Shown piece by piece: positions 1 to 6,522 of a stretch of 10,070 bases of DNA. A program made the translations under genes and the position numbers. Positions within the stretch are counted from its first letter, which is position 1. Each line of letters begins with the position of its first letter. This DNA is from an uncultured archaeon (GTDB lineage: Archaea; Altiarchaeota; Altiarchaeia; IMC4; SCGC-AAA252-I15), in contig CAZPLO010000028.1 in NCBI GenBank assembly GCA_964587725.1, forward strand, positions 4,803-14,872. The letters are read 5' to 3'. The notes beneath the pieces were generated by a model. That model saw only the letters and a program-made list of their open reading frames with translations, had not been told where the DNA came from and did not search any database.

Positions 1-192
1 GAAGCCGGGGAGGCGGAGTCAAAGCCCGAGGAAAAGGAGGAGAAGCCCGCCGAAGAACCCAAGCCCGAGAAGAAGGAGGGTGAACAGGTGGAGAAGAAGG
101 AGGAGTCGAAGCCCGCCGAAGTCAAGCCGGCTGAAAAGAAGGAATCCGGCGGTAAGGAAGAGAAACCTGCAGAGAAACCGGAGGGTGAGTGA
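1..192 (+). CDS. 3' end of a gene with a Glu/Lys/Pro-rich low-complexity tail, probably 30S ribosomal protein S24e (5'-truncated by the window; not in the ORF track)
   Basis: Frame 1 is open from base 1 ([28 protein letters not shown]...KPAEKPEGE) to TGA at 190-192, which overlaps the next ATG (TGATG). The S24e identity is inferred only from the conserved archaeal rps24e-rps27ae gene order; the S24e core is outside the window. Confidence 0.6.
   Translation, partial: EAGEAESKPEEKEEKPAEEPKPEKKEGEQVEKKEESKPAEVKPAEKKESGGKEEKPAEKPEGE
42..121 (+). repeat. 14-bp direct repeat GAAGCCCGCCGAAG (42-55 and 108-121) within a KPAE-type coding repeat
   Basis: Exact match read from the sequence; the KPAE peptide occurs four times in the tail. 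Confidence 0.75.
180..188 (+). promoter_or_regulatory. Shine-Dalgarno-like site GGAGGGTGA upstream of rps27ae
   Basis: Near match to the archaeal GGAGGTGA just before the ATG at 192, at a TGATG coupled junction. Confidence 0.5.
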
Positions 193-413
193 TGGCTAAG
201 AAGGAGCGGAAGGTAAGGGAGAAGAAGGAAAAAGTCGGGAAGCGGAAGAGCAGCAAGTGGAAGGCCTACGAGGTGTCCGGCGACAAGGTGGAGCGGAAGC
301 GAAGGTCCTGCCCGAAATGCGGCGACGGCGTCTATCTGGCGCAGCACAGCGACCGGCTGTCCTGCGGGAAATGCGGGTACACCGAGTTCTCGAAGAAGCA
401 GGCCGGCGACTGA
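192..413 (+). CDS. rps27ae: 30S ribosomal protein S27ae (eS31), zinc ribbon
   Basis: [41 protein letters not shown] has the S27a CPKC...[12 protein letters not shown] signature. ATG 192 is preferred over GTG 189. Confidence 0.96.
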   Translation: MAKKERKVREKKEKVGKRKSSKWKAYEVSGDKVERKRRSCPKCGDGVYLAQHSDRLSCGKCGYTEFSKKQAGD

Positions 414-430
414 TTTAACCCTGTAATCCC
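414..430 (+). promoter_or_regulatory. Putative archaeal TATA-like box (TTTAA 414-418) for a leaderless transcript of the DUF429 gene
   Basis: AT-rich 28-nt spacer in GC-rich DNA; TTTAA begins 28 nt before ATG 442; no SD visible. Confidence 0.5.
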
Positions 431-441
431 TTAGCTTTCAC

Positions 442-990
442 ATGAGGATTGTGGGACTGGACCTCGCCGGCAATCCGAAGAACGACACAGGATACTGTCT
501 GTTCGACGTCGGCGACGTGAAGTCCGTTTCCACGCGCATCCTTCACAGCGACGAGGAAATACTGTACGAGCTCGAATCCTCCAGTCCGGAGCTGGTGGCA
601 GTCGACGCCCCCCTAACTTACGGGGGTGAAAGGCGGCGGTGCGATGAACTACTCCGCCAGTACGGAGCCCTCCCCGTAACCATTAAAGGCATGGAGGTTC
701 TCGCCCAACGCGGAACCGCGTTGGCTTCACATCTCAAGGACAAGGGCATATCCTACATAGAGGTTTTCTCCACCGCGTCCGCGAAGATACTTGGCGTGTA
801 CAGCAAAGACGACTTCCGGATGCAGAAGAGTATGATGGCGTTGGACCTGCAGGGCGACGTCAACACAAAGATACTGTCGAGGGACGAGCTCGACGCCGTC
901 GTGGCTGCCGTCACCGCCTACCTCCACACCGTCGGCCAAACCAGGGATGTCGGCGACGAAGCCGGCGTCATAACCGTTCCGGAGGTGTGA
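442..990 (+). CDS. DUF429 / COG2410-type predicted nuclease, RNase H fold
   Basis: Motifs MRIVGLDLAG, VAVDAPL, R.CD..L, IEVF and DELDAVVAA are typical of DUF429; the acidic putative catalytic residues are intact. Confidence 0.85.
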   Translation: MRIVGLDLAGNPKNDTGYCLFDVGDVKSVSTRILHSDEEILYELESSSPELVAVDAPLTYGGERRRCDELLRQYGALPVTIKGMEVLAQRGTALASHLKDKGISYIEVFSTASAKILGVYSKDDFRMQKSMMALDLQGDVNTKILSRDELDAVVAAVTAYLHTVGQTRDVGDEAGVITVPEV

Positions 991-996
991 GCTTCT

Positions 997-1013
997 CTTA
1001 AATGTTACATCCC
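997..1013 (+). promoter_or_regulatory. Putative TATA-like box (CTTAAAT 997-1003) for a leaderless transcript of the oxidoreductase-trm56 pair
   Basis: TTAAA begins 28 nt before ATG 1026, the same geometry as the box at 414; no SD before 1026. Confidence 0.5.
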
Positions 1014-1025
1014 ATTATTAAGCGT

Positions 1026-2393
1026 ATGTACGACACCGTCATCGTCGGAGCGGGCCCGGCCGGGTTGTTCGCAGCCCACCGCCTCAGCAGGGAGGGTGTT
1101 GGGGTTTTGGTGGTGGATGAGGGGAAGCCCGTTGCTGACCGGCACTGTCCCATGAAGGAGTCCGGGAAGTGCGTGAACTGCAGCCCCTGCGACATAATGT
1201 CCGGGGTCGGCGGCAGCGGACTGTACAGCGACGGCACCATGAATCTGCGGCCGGACATCGGCGGCGACCTGCGTGAAATCACGGGCAGCGACGAGAAAGC
1301 CTGGGCGTTGGTTGACGAGGTTGACCGGATTTTCCTGAAGCACGGCACCCCCCACAAAAAATACGGCGCGGAAGACGACCGCGTTGACGAGTTAAAGAGG
1401 AGGTGTGCGTCCGAGGACATCAAGTTCATCAACATACCGCAGCGCCACATAGGCACCGAGAACACTCCAAAGGTGATTGAGTCCATGTTCAAGGGCCTTG
1501 AGGTGTCGGGTGTGGAATTCATGCTGAACACCCGCGTCGAAGACTTAATTGTTGAGGACGGCGTGTGCGTCGGCGTGAAGACGGCTTCGGACGTCGTCCG
1601 GGCGGGTAGCGTGCTGCTGGCGCCCGGCAGAATCGGGGCGCGGTGGGTGGACCAGCTGGTCCGCGAACACGGCGTCAAAGCCACCTTCGGGCCCATAGAC
1701 GTGGGCGTGCGGGTGGAGGTGCCGGCTCTCATCATGGCGGAGGTGGTTGAAGTCAACCATGACCCGAAATTCCACATCAGGACTCCCACCTACGACGACT
1801 TCGTCCGCACCTTCTGCACCAACCATGAGGGGTGGGTGGTTAAGGAGAACTATGACGGATTGGTGGGCGTCAACGGCCACAGCATGCTCAAGGACAAGTC
1901 AGGGAACACCAACTTCGCGTTTTTGGTGAGGGTGAAGCTGACGGAGCCGGTGGAGGACACGGTCGAATACGGGAAGGCGATAGCGGATTTGGCCACCACC
2001 ATCGGCGGCGGCCGGCCCCTGATACAGCGGCTCGGAGACCTTCGCAGGGGCAGGCGCTCACACCCCCACTACATAACAGAGAATCCGTTCCACAATACGT
2101 TGGAGGATGTTACCCCCGGCGACATATCCATGGCGTTGCCCCACCGCATAGTCACCGACATCCTGGAGGGGCTGGAGCGGTTGAACGACGTAATACCCGG
2201 CGTTAACTCCGACAGCACCCTGTTGTATGCGCCGGAGATTAAGTTCTACAGCATGCGTGTCTCCTACGACAGCCGGCTGCAGTCCAGTGTTCCAGGACTT
2301 TATGTGGCGGGCGACGGGATGGGGTTGAGCAGGGACATCGTCAACGCCGCCGCCACGGGACTGTTGGCTGCGGAGGGGATACTTGCGAAATGA
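1026..2393 (+). CDS. NAD(P)/FAD-dependent oxidoreductase, COG2509-type, with an N-terminal Cys cluster
   Basis: [13 protein letters not shown] Rossmann motif, CX7CX2CX2C followed by [43 protein letters not shown] and [14 protein letters not shown] 1026 is preferred over 1002 because the fold begins there and 1002 lies inside the TATA-like box. Confidence 0.9.
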   Translation: MYDTVIVGAGPAGLFAAHRLSREGVGVLVVDEGKPVADRHCPMKESGKCVNCSPCDIMSGVGGSGLYSDGTMNLRPDIGGDLREITGSDEKAWALVDEVDRIFLKHGTPHKKYGAEDDRVDELKRRCASEDIKFINIPQRHIGTENTPKVIESMFKGLEVSGVEFMLNTRVEDLIVEDGVCVGVKTASDVVRAGSVLLAPGRIGARWVDQLVREHGVKATFGPIDVGVRVEVPALIMAEVVEVNHDPKFHIRTPTYDDFVRTFCTNHEGWVVKENYDGLVGVNGHSMLKDKSGNTNFAFLVRVKLTEPVEDTVEYGKAIADLATTIGGGRPLIQRLGDLRRGRRSHPHYITENPFHNTLEDVTPGDISMALPHRIVTDILEGLERLNDVIPGVNSDSTLLYAPEIKFYSMRVSYDSRLQSSVPGLYVAGDGMGLSRDIVNAAATGLLAAEGILAK

Positions 2394-2896
2394 TCTCGGT
2401 TCTGCGGCTGGGGCACCGGTTCAGCAGGGACAAGCGCATCAGCACCCACCTGGCGTTGACGGCGAGGGCGTTCGGAGCCGGCCGCATAGTCTATGATGCG
2501 AGGGCGGCCGACGTAAAGGAGACTGTGGACGCCGTCACGGACTCCTGGGGCGGCGGCTTCAAGGTGGAGTTCACCGGCGACTGGAAGAAATATGTAACCG
2601 GGTTCGACGGCGTTAAAGTCCATCTGACGATGTATGGCCTACCCTTAGACGATGTAGTGCCTAACCTGGATGTCTCATCCGACACCATGGTCGTAGTCGG
2701 CGGGAAGAAGGTTCCTTCGGAGGTCTACGAGATTGCGGACTACAACGTGGCCGTCGGCAGCCAGCCGCATTCGGAGGTGGCCGCGCTGGCGGTGTTCCTC
2801 GACCGGTTCCTGAAGGGCGAGGGAGTCCGCAGAAAATTCAGCGGAAGGAAGAAGATTGTGCCTCAGAGGCGTGGCAAGAAGGTGGTTGAGGTCTAG
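2390..2896 (+). CDS. trm56: tRNA (cytidine(56)-2'-O)-methyltransferase, archaeal SPOUT family (aTrm56)
   Basis: [26 protein letters not shown]...[52 protein letters not shown] overlap with the upstream gene; GGAGG at 2372-2376. Confidence 0.96.
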   Translation: MISVLRLGHRFSRDKRISTHLALTARAFGAGRIVYDARAADVKETVDAVTDSWGGGFKVEFTGDWKKYVTGFDGVKVHLTMYGLPLDDVVPNLDVSSDTMVVVGGKKVPSEVYEIADYNVAVGSQPHSEVAALAVFLDRFLKGEGVRRKFSGRKKIVPQRRGKKVVEV

Positions 2897-5800
2897 CGTC
2901 TCTTGTAGTGCTGGCTTTCGTCGCGGTCTTCGAGCATCTCCTCCAGCTGTTCGCCGCTTCCTTTCTCCCGGCTGCGTCTGCCCCCGTATGTTAGCTCCTG
3001 TTTCAGCTCCATGAGGCTTCTCTCTTTTTCAGCCGCCGCTATCTTGTCTCTATCCTCTCCGGCTTCCTCTCCTTCCTCCTTTTCACCGGTTTTCTCTGAC
3101 GTGGGTTCCAGCTCGCCTTCGTCGGCTTTCGCGTCCGTTTTCTCGGCGTCTCTGGTTTCATCGACTTTATCTTCCGCGTCCTTCCGGTCGGCTTCCCCCT
3201 CCGTTTTACTCCCTCTGCCGTCCGTGTCCTTCTCTTCGGTGGATGCTGCCGCGGCCCCTGCTGCCGCGGTTCCGGCGACCGCTGGAACACCCAACGATGC
3301 GGCAGCCTTCCCCTGAATCTCACCGGCTCTGGCTTTGGCAGCCTCGTTTATCAAACCCCTCCTAGCTTCTGTCCCTATATTCTCCCATCCACCCTTCTCT
3401 TTGGCCATGTCCATAGCCATGTTCGTTATCTTGCCCCTCTCGTTGGGGTCCGCCCACAACGCCCTCGCCACATTCCCCCTGTCTGTTTTAGCAAGGTCTT
3501 CGACGGACTTTACTTTCCCGAATTTCTTTTTGCGGAGGTTGTCTGCCACGCCTTTGCCTGCGACGTCTTTCACGCTGGCTGCTTTGCCGCCTTTCCTGTC
3601 CGCGTCGGTGACTCCGGCGCTGCCCTTGCTTTTGATGGCGTTGACTCCGCCATATGCTTTCCTGCCGAGTCTAATGGCTCCTTTCCCCAGCCTCGGTGCC
3701 ACGCTCAGGCCGCCGGTCATCATCGCCTCAGCCGCGAACACGGGCATGTCGTACAACAACTTCTTAGCCCCCCACCCTGCGACCGACATGCCAACACCCA
3801 ATGTCTTCCCAACCACGAAACCTGTTGCGGCGGCCTTACCCGCCGCCTTCATCCCGCCGAAGCTTTCCCTGGAAGCTTTAACGCCTTCCGCGGCGATGCC
3901 TGTGAAGAATCCTCTGCCTAATCCTGTCCCCGCAAACTTTCCGAACATGGAGCTGGCCTTCCCCCCCATCGCCCTGCCCACTCCAGTGCCTTTTAATCCC
4001 ACGTACGCTCCTGCTCCGACGATGCCAAGGGTGGCCATTCCGCCGAGTCCGCCTGCTAGTCCGCCGGCCAAAACGCTCAATCCGGCGACGGTGGCCCCCA
4101 TCTTAGCGAAACTTATTGCGGTGTCCTCAACCCCCCTCATCCTCTGGCTTAACTTGGACGGCTCCTTGCCCTCCCCGGCTTCTGGTTTCTTGGCACCCGG
4201 CCCTTCCCCTCCGCCGGGCGGAGCCTCACCGGCCTTGCTGTCACCAGCCTTGGTTTTATCCCCCTTCTTGTCCTTCCCAGTCTTCTTGGATGCTGCTCCT
4301 TGGGCGACGTCCTTGGCTGCTCCGCCAGCTCCCGCCCCCTCGTTTTCGGACAGCAGGTTCATCATGTTCTGGCCCGTCATACTAGCGGCAGCACCAGCCC
4401 CCGCCAGCACGTCCCCTGCCTTCAGCTTACCAGGGCCCTTGCCCTCAGTCAGCTGCTTCCAACTCTTCTTCAACCCCTTCCCGGCACCCTGCTTCTTAAT
4501 CGTGCCCAGGTTCCTCCCTATGTTCCCACGCAAACCCTTGCTTTTAGCGATATTTGAGGCTGCTCCCTTGGTTTTGCCCCAGGTTTTACTCGCTGCCCCA
4601 ACTCCCGCACTCTTGAAGTGTCCCCCTGCTTTCTTGAAGCTGCTTCCCGCCAGTCTACCTTTGCCTCTAGCTAATGCTCCAATCCCCCTACCAACCTGGG
4701 CCAAGCCCTTACCTACTTGGGTTTTTCCTAAGGCACCTGCTATCCTGCTTCCCTTTGCTGCTGTTTTGCCTGCGGCGCCGGTGGTCTTGGCTGCTCCGTC
4801 GGCTGCTTTGCCGAATTTGGAGGCCGCGCTGCGGAGGCCTTTAGCTCCCTTGCCGAGGCCTTTCATGCCCGCGCCTGCGCCGGCTTTCATGCCGGCTGCG
4901 ACGATTGCTTCAGGGCTTTTCGCCTGCATCATCTGGCCTGCCGCGACCAACCCCACTCCCATCCACCCGGAGGTCATCTGGCCGGCGCCCGCCATCATCG
5001 CCCCGAACAAGGCCAGGGCCCCCGCTATCTGAAGCGGCGACAACACCATCATGGTCATGAACGCGATGACCATGAGGGTTGCGGTGTTCACCTCCAGGTC
5101 TCCAGCCGACCCGGTGGTGGACAAAACCATGGTGGCGACGATAATCCACACGGCCATCACCATGGGCACCAGAGCCCATGTTATGCTGTATTTGAGGAAT
5201 TTCCGCCCCACGCTTTTGGTGAAGCCGAACATGTACAGGAGCACCGTCAAAGGCATCAATACCGCGAAAATAATCACCGCGATGTGCCGGATGAATATGA
5301 TAATCAAAGCCAGTATGGACATGATCTGGGCGCAGCAGAACACCAGTACGAATTTCTCGCTGGGGACTGTCGCATACGCACCCGATATGGTGTCTCCGAA
5401 GCTTCTGGCGCTCAAAGACTGCAGCATGCTGCCAAGCATGACAACAGTGATCTGATAGGATATGTTTATCAGTATCTGGTAGAGCAGCGGCGAAACAGGT
5501 ATGATAATCAAAGCAATCAGGAGGTTCTGCAGCTGGGTTTTGGCTGCGGCCCGCTCACCGGGGCTGTGGGAGACGAACATCATCTTGATGGCCGTGTAAA
5601 GTATCATGAAGACGAGCAGGGGCATCAGCACCTCCATGACTATGCCTGCCATCTGGAGGTAGTATCCTCCGTCAACCTGGGGCTTGGTGATGGGCTCATA
5701 CATCAGCAACGGCACAATCAACGCGTTAATGAAGTTCAGATCCCCAACCACCATCTTAAGAATCCAGCCCACCATCTTCAAGAATATGGTTGAGAACCAC

Positions 5801-5913
5801 TCCAGGACCTTGGCTATGCCAAGGCCGGCGCTCACGTTGGCGGACGCCAAAAGCATCAGTAAGGCTGCCGCAAGGTATCTCTTAATCCGGTTACCGCGGG
5901 CTCTTGAATCCAT
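2893..5913 (-). CDS. VirB6/TrbL/CedA-like polytopic membrane protein (~1006 aa) with a long G/A/K-rich tail and an acidic C-terminus
   Basis: ATG 5913 ([29 protein letters not shown], signal-peptide-like) follows an AT-rich spacer; the track start at 6003 overlaps the upstream gene. There are roughly 7-8 hydrophobic segments over ~4920-5900, including [38 protein letters not shown] (VirB6/TrbL-like R...P...F..T pattern), then a Gly/Ala-rich tail as in TrbL. The CDS is secure; the family call is by eye. Confidence 0.65.
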   Translation of the reverse strand: MDSRARGNRIKRYLAAALLMLLASANVSAGLGIAKVLEWFSTIFLKMVGWILKMVVGDLNFINALIVPLLMYEPITKPQVDGGYYLQMAGIVMEVLMPLLVFMILYTAIKMMFVSHSPGERAAAKTQLQNLLIALIIIPVSPLLYQILINISYQITVVMLGSMLQSLSARSFGDTISGAYATVPSEKFVLVFCCAQIMSILALIIIFIRHIAVIIFAVLMPLTVLLYMFGFTKSVGRKFLKYSITWALVPMVMAVWIIVATMVLSTTGSAGDLEVNTATLMVIAFMTMMVLSPLQIAGALALFGAMMAGAGQMTSGWMGVGLVAAGQMMQAKSPEAIVAAGMKAGAGAGMKGLGKGAKGLRSAASKFGKAADGAAKTTGAAGKTAAKGSRIAGALGKTQVGKGLAQVGRGIGALARGKGRLAGSSFKKAGGHFKSAGVGAASKTWGKTKGAASNIAKSKGLRGNIGRNLGTIKKQGAGKGLKKSWKQLTEGKGPGKLKAGDVLAGAGAAASMTGQNMMNLLSENEGAGAGGAAKDVAQGAASKKTGKDKKGDKTKAGDSKAGEAPPGGGEGPGAKKPEAGEGKEPSKLSQRMRGVEDTAISFAKMGATVAGLSVLAGGLAGGLGGMATLGIVGAGAYVGLKGTGVGRAMGGKASSMFGKFAGTGLGRGFFTGIAAEGVKASRESFGGMKAAGKAAATGFVVGKTLGVGMSVAGWGAKKLLYDMPVFAAEAMMTGGLSVAPRLGKGAIRLGRKAYGGVNAIKSKGSAGVTDADRKGGKAASVKDVAGKGVADNLRKKKFGKVKSVEDLAKTDRGNVARALWADPNERGKITNMAMDMAKEKGGWENIGTEARRGLINEAAKARAGEIQGKAAASLGVPAVAGTAAAGAAAASTEEKDTDGRGSKTEGEADRKDAEDKVDETRDAEKTDAKADEGELEPTSEKTGEKEEGEEAGEDRDKIAAAEKERSLMELKQELTYGGRRSREKGSGEQLEEMLEDRDESQHYKRR

Positions 5914-5975
5914 GGCGTCTGCCTTAAATAAATTAGGTATGGGACCACTTAATATTTGGAGCGGTGGAATATATC
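5914..5975 (-). promoter_or_regulatory. AT-rich intergenic spacer with candidate TATA-like elements for the VirB6-like gene
   Basis: The minus strand reads ...CCAAATATTAAGTGGTCCCATACCTAATTTATTTAAGGCAGACGCC-ATG. Candidates are TATTAA (5949-5954) and TTTATTTAA (5924-5932); neither has the -28 spacing. Confidence 0.35.
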
Positions 5976-6521
5976 CTATTTCTTGCCCATGTACTCGTCC
6001 CACATGTCCTTGAAGTCCATGGCTCTGCCGCTGAAGAACCTGTACGACATGACCGCAGCATACGCTATCAGCAGAATCCAGAGATTATTCATCAGGTACC
6101 CGCAGGTTGAGGGGGCTACGGGTATGTCGATGGGTGAGACCCTCTTCCTGGATTTGACGCCATCGTGTATCCCATATACCGTGGCCGTCGGGTTGACGCC
6201 CCACCGAATCTTGAGGGGTATGGTGTAGCCCACCGTGTAGTATCCGCTGTAGCTGTTGTAGGGGTAGTCGAATCTGACGTGGACTTCATCCGGGTCTGTT
6301 ATGTCCGCGCCCGTGCATTCGTCTCTGGCTTTGACGTCCACCGCCGCTATGCCTGTGTCTTCGTCGAAGGTGCTTTTCACGTAGTAGCGGCGGGGGTTTA
6401 CCTGCTCCCGTTCGACAGTGACGCCCCCTTGCGTGCGTGTGCTGTCCTCGGGGTCGCATACGTTTGCCGAAGCCAGTCCTGCAGCCAACAACAGGCCTGC
6501 CAAAACCAGTATTCTGTTCAT
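5976..6521 (-). CDS. Hypothetical secreted, C-terminally membrane-anchored protein (181 aa)
   Basis: Signal peptide MNRILVLAGLLLAAGLASA, beta-strand-like ectodomain, TM segment LWILLIAYAAVMSY, short tail RFFSGRAMDFKDMWDEYMGKK. Its ATG is 1 nt after the upstream TAA. Confidence 0.85.
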   Translation of the reverse strand: MNRILVLAGLLLAAGLASANVCDPEDSTRTQGGVTVEREQVNPRRYYVKSTFDEDTGIAAVDVKARDECTGADITDPDEVHVRFDYPYNSYSGYYTVGYTIPLKIRWGVNPTATVYGIHDGVKSRKRVSPIDIPVAPSTCGYLMNNLWILLIAYAAVMSYRFFSGRAMDFKDMWDEYMGKK

Positions 6522-6522
6522 T

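Noticed and set aside
998-1789. 263-aa - strand ORF and smaller ORFs over the oxidoreductase, DUF429 and trm56 genes
   Set aside because: They overlap clearly identified genes and have Ser/Thr-rich shadow composition.
3335-5032. 565-aa Pro/Ala/Leu-rich + strand ORF
   Set aside because: Antisense shadow of the Gly/Ala/Lys-rich tail (GGN reads as Pro-rich, AAR as Leu/Phe-rich on the other strand); no independent domain or start signals.
2893-5913. Phage tape-measure protein interpretation of the G/A/K-rich protein
   Set aside because: It has a polytopic N-terminal TM domain and signal-like start, no periodic aromatic repeats, and no viral genes nearby.
5945-5976. Short inverted repeats (CCAC/GTGG, GGA/TCC) as a terminator or operator
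   Set aside because: Stems of 3-4 bp are expected by chance and there is no U-tract.
5914-6003. Track start of the 1036-aa ORF at 6003
   Set aside because: It overlaps the upstream gene and crosses an AT-rich spacer; ATG 5913 gives a proper signal-like N-terminus.
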